From Daphnia carinata (lineage: Eukaryota): a stretch of 64,000 bases of DNA. The translations under genes were made by a program, and so were the position numbers. Under the pieces are notes generated by a model that was given only the letters and a program-made list of their open reading frames with translations, did not search any database and was not told the origin of the DNA. Below, in pieces: positions 12,672 to 26,458 of the stretch. Where the stretch lies: the NCBI RefSeq assembly GCF_022539665.2, contig NC_081333.1, positions 12,028,001 through 12,092,000 of the forward strand, read 5' to 3'. The stretch's first letter is position 1, and each line of letters starts with the position of its first letter.

Positions 12672-15600
12672 ATCACGGTGCTATAAAAAGTAGGGAACAA
12701 TGCGCTTCGTCTCAGTCGTGAAAAAAAGGAGTTCGAGTTCGGTTCAGGTGAATACGGCAATCAGTTCTTTTTTCTTTAAAAAGGATGGACTACCATGTCC
12801 ACGTTCTCTTATTGCGCCATTCTAAACCAATAAATATACACCCCGTCATTGTGCAATGTTCCTAAACAAACCGGGAGATGAATAAACCATCGAGCTGACC
12901 AGAAAAAAAAAAATGCGACATGGAAACGAACACGACAACTCTCTCTTTTTCATCTTTTTATCTTTTTTTGCTGTCAAACTATAAACACAACAACAACAAA
13001 AAATAAAAAAACAGCGGGCATAAAATTTGGGGCCGCAGTCCCGCGGACGGCGGAAGTCGTTGCATTCCCTCTGCATCCGCATCAATTGGCAACAAATAAA
13101 ATAAAAACTGAGCCGATACACGCGATGCGAAAGCAAAATAGAAAGTCAACAAGTGACCACATTTGAGTCCGATTCAAAAAAACAAACAAACAAAAGAGCT
13201 CAAACGCAATCGTTCGAATGTAAGAAAAAAAAACGAAAGGGATTTGTCGTATGTATATAAATAGAAACGATTGGTACGTTGAAGCTTTGTGCGACCCTAT
13301 TTGGTACCTTTGCGTTTTGTTGTCTTGTTGTTTCTTTTTGTTTTTGTTGAAAGGCCATTTGCCTACGTAAATCTATGTTAAAAGCATGGATTTATTCTAA
13401 ACGGGCCCCATCTTTTGGGCCCGTTTTTCTGCGAATCCTATTGATGGCGTCATGCCAGTTCACACGCACTCAACGTTTAGTGATCGTGTCACACACTCGG
13501 CTGGTTCCACGTTCTTCTTCCTGTTAGTTGAGCGCGGGCCCTTGTCAAGAAACAAAAATTCGCTTTGGTGCGTGTCAGAGGTGTACAGTGTACGTTGAAA
13601 AAAGAGCAAGGGAAAGAGAACACTGGCTGTGAAGCGTACGACAGAAAAAAGGAAGTCATAAGCGCACAGCGAAGGAACACGTAGAAAGTATGAAAGACGA
13701 TGGCTATTTAGACTAACTAGTACAAGGAACTAGAACTGTTACACGTCTACGGTTTCCATGATATCTCCCCCTGGTAACTCAAACCATGGCAACAACTTTC
13801 AGCAGCTTTTCTCATCAGCTGTTGCACTTCCTGTGTGTCACCTGAGTCGTCCGGAATAAGGAAAAATGATGACGGCACATGTACTCGAGTTAGGTCTTTT
13901 GTCTTTCTCTTATCCCGTCAACGGAACCCTTCACGTTACGAACCGAAAAAAAAGAAATGTGTCAAAAATGTTGCTCAACAAAACGAGAGGATAGACGAAG
14001 AAATGATTTCCCCCCTCTTCCAAAAAATCATTAACAAAAATCTTCGTCTGGTATTCCAACGTGCCTTCAAGGTAAAACAAACATTCAAATTACCAATATC
14101 TCTCTCCCCCCACATTTGAAAATAACTGGGGGTCTCGACGAGGAAAGCTTTTAAAACAGGGCGTAGCGTTTCTTGCGTGTGTGGTTCTTTGGCCGTTACG
14201 GACCCAGCTCTGGATATGCATCAATGAGGAGAGAGCCATCTCACTTGGAAAACGGGGGAGATGGAGGGGGGGCTGAACTCAAATAAGTGGCTATAAGAAC
14301 AGGGAGCTACCTAATATAAGAAAAATTCCGTTTTTTTCTTTTCTATTTTTTTTTTTGTTGTTTTTTTTTGTGGTTGTTGAAATACAATAAGAAAACGAAG
14401 AGAAAAATCTCGACTTTGTTATCGCTCGAATCCCAGTCGCAACATGGAGCTGCTATTAGCGCCCCGGCATAGTCGTGCCTGTTAGCACAGCCCATGAGTT
14501 TCCAGACACCAAGAATTCTAACCCGGTCGACTGTATCAGAAAAAAAAAAAAACTTGACGGAGGAAAAAACTAAAAAAGATGAAAAAGAACCGGAGAAAGG
14601 CGAAGGGAAGCGATGGAACCTAGAAAAAGAAGGAGGAAAAAAAAAAAGAAAAAAAGAAGCCTGACAACAATTAGCCGTGACTGTATCCTATATAGTATAT
14701 ATGTATATTATATAAAGAGAAAAGAGAGAGAAAGACGAAAAGAAATTCAACGTCTTAAAAACAAGACAGCCAAAGAGAGGCACACACACGAGCGGACAAG
14801 CCATTTCCTTCCCCACTCTTTGCCTTTAGATGTAATCGCATTTCCCTTCGTTAGCCTCTCCATTTGGCCATAGACTCCTCTCTTGTTTCTTTTGTTCTTT
14901 GTATGTTCCTTGTACCAAGTAAACCGTTCGGTCAAACATCAAAAAAAAAAAAGGACGGACGGACTCGAAAGCGTTTTAGAGACGTCTACGAGTAGTGCGT
15001 AGCTTTGCGCTCTTCGACGTCCCTCTATTCGTTTTTAGATTAAAAAAAAAAAACAAAAAAATTGTGAGGCGAACCCTTAAAATAAATAGAGGACTTGTGT
15101 TTGCATCAAGGCCACCATTAATTATACATCGCTCGGCTCGTTTGCTGTCGCCTTTAAAAAAATTCGAATAAAAACAAGACAACTGGTTGGTCCATTTCAA
15201 TTTTTCGGTCGTTTTTTTTTGTACTCTGAACGGCTGCAGCAAAAAATGCCGAAGTTTAAGGTTAATCTTATCGAATCGGGTGTCCGTGGAGCTTCTGCCT
15301 CAATGGAAAATAAGAAATGGGGTGAAACAAAAAAATAGAGACATATCCATCGTCTCTCATTTGGAACCGTCTCTTATCGCTGCAAAGGGACTTGTATAAG
15401 TCAGCCAGTCGAATCTCGTTATTTTATTGAGAGGAAAAGGTGTTGGGTGTGCGTCGGTTGTTGCGCCTTTTTTTGGTCACTTCTTTATCGCTCTCTTATT
15501 TCCTGCTCGCTGCATTTTTTTTTTCTATTTGAAAAATAGAAAGTTTAAAAAAACAAAAAAAAAACAAGGGACCTTTAATGTGAATTCCTAACGCTGTCAT

Positions 15601-17389
15601 GATCGCTCCCGTAAACTCAATTGATTGTCAATGTGATCTTTAAAAACAAAAAACGAGAATGCTGTCCAATCAACGTATAATTAAGTTTCCTTTTTTATTT
15701 TTGTTCACCTTGGAGATTATTTGGACGTGAAAACGGATTAGTTCCATTCAACTTGTCGACTTCATGTCGTTAGAAGAATGGGATAATAATAGCTGCCGTC
15801 ATAATAGCGTCTTGGAAGAATGAACGATGCAAAAGAAAAAAAAAAAACGAAACGTGAAAAACCATCCGTCAGAAAATAGACACCCAGTCGGGGGACGAGT
15901 TGGACGCCTCATCACATTCCGCCTTGTCGTATAACACGCAGATCACGCTGACCGGGAGAGGCAGACCGTTGAAAGAGTAGCCCTTTTATCCCCACATCGT
16001 CATAATGGAGGAAGAAGAAGAAGAAGAAAAAAAAAAAAAAAAAGGATCAAGGAAAACAAAAGAATTCTAAACAGAAAGTCTCCATCACGACAAGGAGAAT
16101 CTTGACTGCACGGGCAAGACGGGGATCCGAACGCAAAAATATAATCATCGGTCCCGGCGCCAAGCAGTGTTTATGTGTCACGGAAAGGAGAAGCCGATCA
16201 CGCGCGTCACACACACACACACTCATGCTCTCGTCCGTCTTCTTAAGACCTTCTTATTCTTGTCCAAATATGAAAGATAATGTAACACATTGTGGCCAAA
16301 AAGAATATGACTCATCGAAGGTTATGTACCTCTGCATCGAGCCTTTTGTTACAAACCACCGTCTTCATGCATTTTTCAGTTCTTTTTGCCTTGTGTCTCA
16401 CCTGTGGTTCGACCTCTTCTCTCTTTTGCATTCTCTCTCTCTGTTTCCCTATTCCTTTTTTTTTTTTTCTGTTATCATCTATGGCACGAGAGAGAAGCCA
16501 AAATAATCGCACATTGTCAGTCGCTAAGTGTTGGACCCATCACTTGCAATTATCTCTTTTCCTTTTCGGCCAAAACATTTCCATCGATGGGACTTGCACG
16601 TCATAATGCGACCTCAAATCGTTGGCTTTTACACCGCAAAGAATTTTCTTTAGAAAAAAAAAGATTGATAATTTGCTTCTTTACTTTTCGTTCGTGAACA
16701 AGATTTACGTACAGAGATACCGGCGTACGCATAATGCGTATGCAAAGGCATTTTTCTTGTAAACCACAATGCTGATGGGTTTATTTTTTTCCGAGAACCA
16801 ACCGAATTGACTCCCTCCTTCAATTTTTTTATTTATACACAGCACTCGCGTTCTTTTCTTTCCCATTTTTTTTTCTCTCTCTCGAAAGGATTCGAAATCG
16901 GCTGGGTCGTAATAGACTTTACACGGTATAAAGGGTAAAAAAAAGAAACACCACCGATAAGCTGTAATAATCCGGTAAACGGACCAGCATTGAGTATAAA
17001 GAGGGTGAAACGGTAGAGAGATGTATACACATGGTAAACGTAAATACATTGTACGTCTATATGCATTATCGGTTTTTCCTTTTTTTTTTTTAGACTTTAA
17101 TCACAGGGTAAGAGTCGATGACGATAGAAGTGCAGGGTATAGGGGGGGAGACGCGGATGGAAGGGGGGCATCACATAATAGTACCACATAGTAGCGCAAA
17201 AGAAGAGGAATCTTTGTACCTTTTTTTCTTTTAACACAATATCCGAAATGTTTATTTAAAAGTGTTTTGTGAAGAGAGAAAAGTGGCGGTTGTTTAAAAA
17301 AAAAAAAATGAAGGTGTAAAAAGAAATAAAAAAGGAAGAAAACGTATCCAAAGTTAGAGAGAGAGAGAGAGAGGGTGGTGAAGAATTAC

Positions 17390-17825
17390 CTGGCGGGCAG
17401 AGGCAATCTGTCGGTGCATCCGTTGCTGAAGAGACTTGTCTGATGGTGCGACTACGAGCCTGACTGCTACCGCTACCAGCATCGACACTGGTTGGGAAGA
17501 GCATCAGTTTGTTGTCCAGTATGGCCTGGATTTTGGCGTCGAGCTGCGGGTCATCGATGGCGATGGAGGCCTTGAGTCGCTCTTCGACCAGCAAGAGACG
17601 CCGATGAGCCGAGACGTTTTCCGACCAAGTCACCGCGCACAACAGAACACTCAGCGTGGAAAGGACCAGCGCCAGGGTACAGTACCGCCGCCAGACCAGG
17701 TGATTTTTGCTGTCCAGCTGAGCTGACGGTAACGCGTTTCCGACTCCGCAATAGCAATCAGATGACGTTAGCAAAGCGGATGATTTCTTTTCATCCGACC
17801 GGCCGATAGGGTCGCGGTCCGTCAT
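17390..17825 (-). CDS. Type II transmembrane collagen (MACIT; collagen XIII/XXIII/XXV-like), first coding exon
   Basis: ATG at 17825 with an in-frame upstream TAG. Short cytosolic N-terminus, TM helix (TLALVLSTLSVLLCAVTW), coiled-coil-like neck, convertase-type site RSRTIR, then DAPTDCLCPP-G at a phase-1 GT donor. This matches the MACIT pattern RxxR...AP..CxCPPG. The rest of the gene lies left of the window. Confidence 0.8.
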
Positions 17826-19113
17826 TTTCTCGCCTTTGATTGTTGTGGTCTAGTTGGCACTGAACGGTCTTCGCAATTGTTCTGTCGGGTCGATCTTGAT
17901 TAAAACAGCGATTAATAACCCAATGCCAATCGCATTCGCATCAATCAATTGGAATTGACGGATAACATGGTAGTTTCACTATCGATCCCGCCCTTTGCAA
18001 ACATGAGCTGGGAATTTGAATAAATACTTGGCGCAAAAATTCAAAAACGCAAAAAATAAAAAAAAAAAAATCTTTTTCCTTCGCTTTCTTCTTTGCCCAC
18101 AACGTCCCGATAATGCGGCACACGAAACACGGCAATGCTATTTATCTGCTGTGGGAGAAATATTACATATAAATATATATGTATTTTTTTCTTTTCACTA
18201 ACAACACACTAGACACATCCAATCACGACGGCAGTGGGCAAACTACTGGCGGAGAAGGGAGAAGCTCAAGCGTACAGACCTTAACGGTCCCCCAGTGCCC
18301 GTTCCTACACCACTAACGGCTCCTCCCCCTTTCTACCTCATCTTCTCGCTAGCTGCTTCTAAAGCGCTGTGAAAGGCAAATAAAAAAATGGAAAATAAAA
18401 CGTCCTTTAGCGAAACTTTGAGAAAAACACAAACAAATGTACCCCAGTGATATTTAAAGCGACGATTATTATTATTATTTTTTTATCTATACCATCCGTT
18501 GACTCTCCTAAGCCCAGTGCTTAATAAGAATGTATATGTTAACATTTTGTGCAGTATGAATCACGGAAATATACGAATTTTGGGCCGTGAAATTACATAA
18601 TTTCAAAGAATATATGTAAAACGTATTTGATGTATGAACTTCGATACAAGTAGTTTTATTACTCTGTAAACATTTATAAAATATAACTTGTTTTTATGTT
18701 CCAAATATTCTGATTGATTAAACATCTGTTGGGGTAACTCACTTATTTTATCTATAGTTATTATATGCTGCAACCCTTTCTTGGCTCGCTCAAGAGATAA
18801 TACACATACCCTATGAAAGGGTTAACGTGTAGCAACAACTTTGCTGTGTTGTCTTATTAGTCAACAATTGCCAATAAATTTTTAACAAGATTAAGGTTTT
18901 TGACCTCGTGACTCAAGATTAAAAGACGGGCAAAAAGCCTTCCTTTATTTATCATGCAGATCAATGTAATAGTAAAATGAATAGCAAAAATGGCTTCAAT
19001 GTAGTTCGCAGCTATCAGCATAACTTTGTGAAAATTTGTAAGCTTTTTCATTCATTTTTCAGCGTTAAAGGAATAGCAACCTACAAGCTCCAACGGCGAT
19101 CACACTTTTATCA

Positions 19114-19126
19114 TGCCATCTGGTGG
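19114..19126 (-). promoter_or_regulatory. CTCF-like motif
   Basis: Minus strand CCACCAGATGGCA matches the CTCF core consensus. It lies between the collagen 5' end and ppan. Confidence 0.45.
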
Positions 19127-19382
19127 CTGACAATTTTCTACCTCGACAGAAGTTCTAATCCTTTCCACTAGGAGAAAAACAAACGCCGTGCGGTGAAAAG
19201 CCATAACCAACCATGCTATAAGTTATCTATCGAGTTTTTTTTTTAAGTTTAGAAGTTGGAATCGTCTGCTTCCTTCCCTCGTGGTCTATTCCCTCTCAAG
19301 CATTTTGTACTTGTCGCTGTCGGAAAAGACGTGTTGGTCTTCAGTTTTATTACGATTGAAGCTTATTACCTAGTTGAAAAGG

Positions 19383-21117
19383 ATGCCACCTAAAAAACAA
19401 AAACATAAAAAGAGGGTAAATTCATTCTTGTGTATTTACTTGACAAATTAACAAAAAGAAATGTCATTTTCTAGAAAAATAAGACCAAGAAAAACTGGGA
19501 TGAACCAGATGACATTAAACGGGCTCCACATTCGATTGTTGTTTTTCGTGGAAATGTCGGAAAATATATTGAAGCATTGATGAAGGATTTCCGACGAGTG
19601 ATGGAGCCTAATACAGCATCTAGCCTAAAAGCAACAGAAAAGAATTCTATTAAGGATTTCGTCTCAATTGCTGGTCCGCTTCATGTCACTCACTTGGTCA
19701 TGTTTTCACGTTCTGAACTGAGCCCCTTCCTTCGCATCTGCCGTCTTCCTCATGGACCAACATTAACCTTCAAAATTTTGGAGTATAGCTTATCCAAAGA
19801 TGTTGTTTCAATTCAAAAACGACAGAACACGTATGACAAACAATATCTGACTCACCCACTAGTTGTTTTAAACAACTTTGCTGGTGAAGAGCTTAAATTA
19901 AAATTGATGACATCCATGTTCCAAAATATGTTTCCCTCAATCAACGTGGCTAAGGTGTGTAACATTAGGACAGTTTCTAAAGGAAAATACTTGATTACTT
20001 ATATTTTGCCCATGCATTATAGGTGAAATTGAACACAATTCGTCGCTGTGTTCTGTTACATTATTACCCTGAAGATGGAAGCGTGGAATTTCGTCATTAT
20101 TCTATCAAGGCGGTGCCTGTTGGTGTTTCCAAAGCTGTCAAAAAGCTTGTTTCAAGTAAGGTTCCTAACTTGGGAAAACTGAACGACATTTCCGAGTTCA
20201 TTGAAAAGTACAGTCAATTTTCATATACTGATTTTCAAATTACGATAACAAGTTATCATAATTTACTCGTTAGATCCGGCCAATTTTCAGAGAGCGAAGC
20301 CGAAGACGATCCTATAAGTAACGTAACTCTACCGCAAAACTTAGCTGGTAGAGGCGCCAAAGCTGGTGCAAAGTCGGCTGTACGTATGATTGAATTAGGT
20401 CCAAGAATTCGAATGGAACTCGTAAAAATTGAAGAAGGTTTGGTTGATGGTGAAGTTCTTTACCATCAATTCATTCAAAAGACGGAAGAAGAGAAGAAAG
20501 TAATTCGTCAACGAAGAGAAACGAGACGGTATGGCAAATTATCACACTTGTCCGTAGGAATATGTCCACTAACTTTTGCCGTAAATTTAGGAAAAACGAA
20601 GAGAAAGTGCGTAAAATCCAAGAAGCACAAAGAAAAAAGAAAGAAGAAGTAAAAGAGAAACACAGGGAGAAATCTATGGAAGGTATGAAGCGGAAACAAA
20701 ACAAAGAAGCTCTCGGAAAGTTTGCTGAAAATGAGGAAGAGGTAGCAGAAGATGACGACGCTGAATATTATCGAAGTGAAGTCGGGCAGGAACCGGAGAA
20801 AGGTATGGAGTACTACAAAGTGTTTGAAGTCAGAATTTGAAAAGATTCTAATTTCAAAATTTATCTTAGACCTGTTCTCTGCGCGCGCCAAAAGTGCCAA
20901 GTCGTCTCTGTCTGGACCAGCAGCTAAGAGGGCCAAAATCGAGAAAAAGAAAATGGAGAAAAACACTAAAGGAAAATTTGGTGACCGAGGATCGGCCAAA
21001 GATTCGGGTGATTCTCGGCGAAAAAATTTCAATTCCGGACGATCTCCAAAATCAACTGGAAAACCGAATGGTAGAGTCGGTTTCAAAGGCGCTTCAAAAG
21101 TACAGCGGAAACGGTAA
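19383..21117 (+). CDS. ppan: Peter pan / SSF1 Brix-domain ribosome biogenesis protein
   Basis: Approximate exons 19383-19415, 19475-19954, 20023-20207, 20274-20528, 20591-20802, 20870-21117, all GT-AG. Motifs APHSIVVFRG, DFRRVMEPNTA, PHGPTLTF, EFRHY and ELGPR, plus a charged C-terminal tail. Confidence 0.93.
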
Positions 21118-21428
21118 TTTTCACGTTCAAGTCTTAAGACGCAATCCGAAAGAATTTAAATGCATTAATACACACAGTTTTAATTGCGTTTTGTATTACA
21201 TTCGGTATTCGCTTCCGAGTTCGTTAGCAATTTTTCGGGATATTACTCTAACGTGTTTGAAACTACTTATTTACAAACCAGTGAGCATTCAATGTCTAAT
21301 CTAACATCACTCTGAATCACGACTGGTTTCATTTCTGAATGTTTACGGATATAGCAACTTACAAGCTAATCCATAATCGTGGAGCCTAACACTCAGACTA
21401 CAGAACTGTAAACGGAGCTTTATTTATT

Positions 21429-22609
21429 TTAAATCGCGACCGTTGCCAGAAGGACCGTTATGTCATCAGGTTTTCCACCTAGAAATGAGAAATTAGAAGT
21501 TTATCCTAGTGCAATACATTTTGTTCGTATTACCGATAGCTCGAATTCCATAATCCCGAGCTCTCTGAGCAAACGGCGACATGTATCTCCCGTCGAAGGA
21601 CAAGTTTCTCGCCATCAACGCAATGCTGTTCGCTGTTTGTTGAACACATAACTGATCTTTTACTCCACCTAGCTTGCTAAGTTCCGCAACAAGTACTGGT
21701 TGTGGAACATTGTCAAAGACCCCATCGGTCGCCAGTAAAATAACATCACCATCTTGCACAGCAAATTGACTTTGGCTAGCAGATTGTGGACTGCAATAAA
21801 ACACATACTAGATGGGTTTAATATAACAGTTGACTGGTTTCTATTACCTATCACTCAATGCAGAGCCATGATGCCCCGGAGGAGGTAAGGCCAACTGAAA
21901 TGGAGTATTGAAATAATGTTGCTGTTCTTCAGATTTATGAACCACCTGGCCTTTTCTAACCACCAAAAATCCAGAATCTCCAATATTGACTGTAAATAAA
22001 TTATTTGATTCATGCTCCAAAATAAGAATACATGCAGTGCTGCTTCCTGCAAAAACAGTAGATGTTAGTCTGATTATTTGTTGATTTTGATGATGAAGAC
22101 CTGCCTGTAATTGGCCGTTTCGAATGAAGCAATTCACGGAAGGCGGCGGATAAGAGATCCACAGGATTTCGAAAGTTACAAGGACTACTAACTGAGGTTA
22201 TTCTTTCAATGGAGCGCAGCAGCGATAATGAGAAATCACTTGGGTCCACACCATAATCTCTCCATCCCCCAACACCATCAGCAACCGCTACAAGAATAAT
22301 GGCAAATATTTAGAAGAACAACAAATAACGAGAACAGTGTCAGTTACCTAAAATATCTGCACTGTCTACATTTTTTACAAGCCAAGCATCATCCCCTATT
22401 TGGCCTTTACGGATTTTACCAGATTTGAAACTTTTTGGGAAACCAGCAACAGCAGAAACCAATTTTGGTATGGACTTGCAGGACACATTTTCATTTGTAG
22501 CATTTGTAATAGCCACACGGGGAGTTCCACTAGAGCTGCTTGATGAGGAACAGTTGTACAAACCACTGACTATTGAACGCGACAATAAACGACCATAAAC
22601 GCTATGCAT
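21429..22609 (-). CDS. PPTC7: PP2C-family protein phosphatase PTC7 homolog
   Basis: Multi-exon. N-terminus resembles a mitochondrial transit peptide ([11 protein letters not shown]). Motifs [42 protein letters not shown] and GGKPDDITV. Confidence 0.92.
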
Positions 22610-23304
22610 GTTTACAACGAGCAAGGTGCCGTGGTAAAAAATTGCTCAATTAAAACGTATCTTTTTTACTTTGTAAAGTATTTTTGGTTTTTAATGTGAA
22701 GCCCGTTGCATGTTACAACACCAATGGCACAAAAAGAACGAATCGAAATTACTGATGGCCACCGAACTAAGTTCTTTCACAGTTTACCACAACAACCAGA
22801 CGACGATTTTTTAACATCAACACGACGTGAGTGTAGAAATCAGAGTCGTTTTCAATAACATCCTGAAAATAAATTTCAGCCGAATAATTATATGATGTTC
22901 CCACTTTCAGTGTTACTGTATTGCTTAAATTTCCCAGAGGCAAATCATTATAGTCATGTGATTTGGATTTTTTTTTTGTAGACGGATAAAGGAATACATT
23001 TGTATATGAAGGGCTGCAGAAGTGGACGTTTATACTTCCAATAGATGGCTTGAGCAGTCAATCACCTACCATGTTTTGTCTTCCACAGATGGCGCTGCCT
23101 TTGTATTCTTTAATCTTCTACCTGCTACCCTTTCCCCTTGTTGGTCAGTGTAAATTGTCTTTGCTTAGCAGTGATGACAGTAGTCAACCTTGGTAACGTG
23201 AGATAACGTGTTCGTTACATTGCGTCGGAAATCAGCTCCAACGAAATCTATCCCCAAGAGAGTAAATCTATATTCTATCAAATTTGTTTTGTCATTCAAC
23301 ACAA

Positions 23305-26244
23305 ATGACAGCTGAAAGATTAAGTCCGGGAGACCCAAACTCATTTTCAAGGCCAGGTAATTTCAAATCGAACTAAATTTCACTATAGTTAGTATCACAT
23401 GGGGTTTGGTAAATGCTACCTTAGGCCAAGACCGTAACTCCCATTTGTGGATCATAATGTGAATTCCGACATTAGACTAACTTTTAGAGCTTGATGTTTT
23501 AAACAGATGAGGTTAAAGTAACCCACATGGACCTTGTGTTGGATGTGAGTTTTGATACAAAGACAATATCAGGTCATGTAGTACTATCAGTTGAAAAAGT
23601 AAATGTTGAAGCAAAAATATTGGTAAGTTATAATTTTCATTAGATGGTTAATTTTATTGAAAATGTATTCTAATTGCTTGGGACATCAAATATAGATTCT
23701 TGACAGTCGAGACTTGACAATATCTATGGTTCAGGACTTTGATACTAAGCAGCCATTAAAGTTTGAACTTGCCACAAGCTCCACAACTTTTGGGGAGAAA
23801 CTGGAAATTCATCTCCCAGACAGTCCAAACTTCAAGTAATAATTTACATTATGTACTTAAATTTGCCTTATCTTCACAAGGTGTTGACATTTAAACAATC
23901 AATGAGCATTCGATACTTCACCTCAGGTTCAAAATATCAGTACATTATACTACTTCATCAAAATCTACTGCCTTACAGTGGCTCAGCCCAGAACAAACTT
24001 TGGGGAAAAAACATCCTTTTCTTTTTAGCCAGTGCCAGGTATTAACTGCATGCTAGTATGAAAGAAAAGAAGAAGAAACCAACAATAACTACCATAAATT
24101 AAATTTTTAATAGGCCATTCATTGCCGCTCATTGATACCTTGCCAAGATACACCAAGCAATAAAGTTACCTACGAAGCCAAAGTATAGCCCCTCCCTCCC
24201 CAATTTTTATCGTTAAATACTTATTTTTCTTTTTCTGGAAGATAACGGCGCCACATGACCTAACTGTATTGATGAGCGCCATTCGCCAGGGAGAGCCGGT
24301 CAAAACTGATGATAAAAAAATCCACAAATTTCATCAGCCGGTGCTCATCCCATCATATCTGTATGGTCAAGTCCAAACATATGATGATATCACAACTATT
24401 CTGTCTTCACAATCAAACACGTTTTGATAGATTGGCCATCGTTGTTGGAGATTTACAATCCCGTCAGATAGGCCCGCGGTCTCACGTTTGGTCCGAACCC
24501 GCTTTGCTGGATAAGGCTGCTTACGAGTTTGCGGAAGTATAACCTGATCGATAAATTATTTTAAATGGATAATCCAATATCAGTCCTATTACATTTCAGA
24601 CAGAGGCTCAGCTGAGCGCTGCTGAAGATGTTTGTGGACCGTATGTGTGGGGAGTGTACGATTTGCTCGTGTTACCTCCTTCATTTCCGTTTGGGGGCAT
24701 GGAAAATCCTTGTTTGACTTTTGTCACACCGACTTTGATAGTTAGTTTTCTTTTGTTGCAAGACGAAACCTTGTTTATTGTTTATGATCTAGGCAGGAGA
24801 CCGTTCGCTTGTAGATGTTATTGCACACGAAATTGCACATAGTTGGACTGGAAACTTGGTCACTAATAGCAACTTCGAACACTTTTGGCTGAACGAAGGT
24901 AAAAATTTTCTATGCATAATGTTACTACATAAACAAAGCTAAACTGGATAAGTTTCTTTTATCATACATGTTATGCTCCGTGTCAATACCTGCAACCCCG
25001 CCATAATAAATCCAATCTTTGATACAGGTTTTACTGTTTTCGTTGAGCGGAAAATCGCAGGTCGTCTTCATGGCGAAGCTTCTCGCCATTTTGCAGCCAT
25101 TGGCGGAAAAACATATTTAGCCGATACGGTATGCTTTGGTTTTTTGTTCTTGTCGTTTAATATTCCTTCAAATAATTTGCGACATGCTTGATTTTTTCAT
25201 AGATTGAATCGATGGGAGCATCGAACCCTTTGACATCCTTGATGCCAGATCTTACTGGCATCGACCCTGACGATTCATTCTCGACAGTTCCTTATGAAAA
25301 GGGACAAGCATTTCTCTGGTATCTGGAAGAGTTAGTCGGTGGTCCAGGTAATTTGCCTTTCTTCATCCACAGTTCCAAAGCACCATTAAATGATATACTT
25401 CAATGTTTACAGGCGAGTTTGATCCTTTTCTGAAATCGTACATCGCCAATTTTCAATACCGTTCAATCGAAACGAACGATTTCGTTCAGTATCTTAAACA
25501 TTATTTCCAAAATACTGCAGCCGCCGACAAACTTGAAAAAGTAGATTGGCAAACTTGGTTTCACTCTCCTGGAATGCCGCCAACATTTGTCAAGTAACTT
25601 GATTAATGATGTTATTCTGGTCTTCTTTTTTTCTTTTCTTAATAAAACGTGTTTATAGCTATGATGACAGTTTAGCCGTACCTTGCAAAGCCCTCTGTCA
25701 GCAGTGGAGTGATTGGAATAACAAGGGTTGTCCCGAACCTGTCTGCATGTCGCCTGAGGATTTGAAAACATTGTCTCCGTCACAAATTCAAGAATTCTTG
25801 GCCCAGTTGTTGCTCGGACCACCGCTGTCATGCAAAACTGTCGAAAAAATGCAACAAATTTATGGTCTGGACAGCGTCCAGAATGCGGAAATCAAATTTA
25901 GGTATGCCTCTTTTCTTCCTGTTAATGTGATCAAATTCCACTGTCATCGTTGATTGCAGGTGGTTACGTCTCTGTCTGAGAGCGCAGTACAAAGAATCGA
26001 TTCCTTTGGCGGTCCAGTTTGCAACTTCACAAGGACGAATGAAGTATTGCCGACCGATTTTTAGGTATTTGGTATTGTTGTTTAGCATTACAAGTTTCAG
26101 TGCACATTCATAATTTTTTTTAGGGATTTGTATAACTGGGAAGATGCCCGGCCGTCGGCATTGGAAGCCTATGATAAAGTGAAGGACCAATGGATGTACG
26201 TTTGTGCTTATACAGTGGGAAAAGACCTTCATGTAATCCAGTGA
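23305..26244 (+). CDS. LTA4H: Leukotriene A4 hydrolase / M1 aminopeptidase
   Basis: About 13 short GT-AG exons starting [15 protein letters not shown]. Motifs [32 protein letters not shown]...WLNEG, VPYEKG and QGRMK. Confidence 0.95.
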
Positions 26245-26458
26245 TTTTACTTCGTCAATGGTCTAAATGGCAATTGAAGCAATGGTAATAAAACAAACAA
26301 AAAAGAATAGTAAACAATAATAAAAGTCTTGGGGGAATTGCTTGTAGAACCAATTTTTCCCGATGTTCTATTAATTTTCACGTTAAGCATCTACAGGAAT
26401 GGCACGAGAAATAAAGTACAGCAGAACGGCAAATGTATTAAAACCATGTTGTTGATAA

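Larger units (their letters stand above)
1..17389 (-). other. Large first intron (partial) of the transmembrane collagen gene
   Basis: Begins at a GTAATT donor (minus strand, 17389) directly after the CPP-G codons. I found no Gly-X-Y exon by eye in 1-17389. The sequence is homopolymer- and microsatellite-rich and its listed ORFs are low-complexity. Small exons could have been missed. Confidence 0.65.

Noticed and set aside
13399..13426. 10-bp hairpin AAACGGGCCC/GGGCCCGTTT followed by Ts, like an intrinsic terminator
   Set aside because: It is an isolated hairpin in a eukaryotic intron with no associated gene, and too short for a pre-miRNA.
18772..18825. 9-bp inverted repeat AACCCTTTC/GAAAGGGTT next to TTAA, piggyBac-like
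   Set aside because: It spans only ~50 bp with TTAA on one side, too short to separate from chance.
20508..21086. Long antisense ORFs over ppan, Wnt9 (44183-44566, 45827-46436) and LTA4H
   Set aside because: These are shadow frames of real coding exons.
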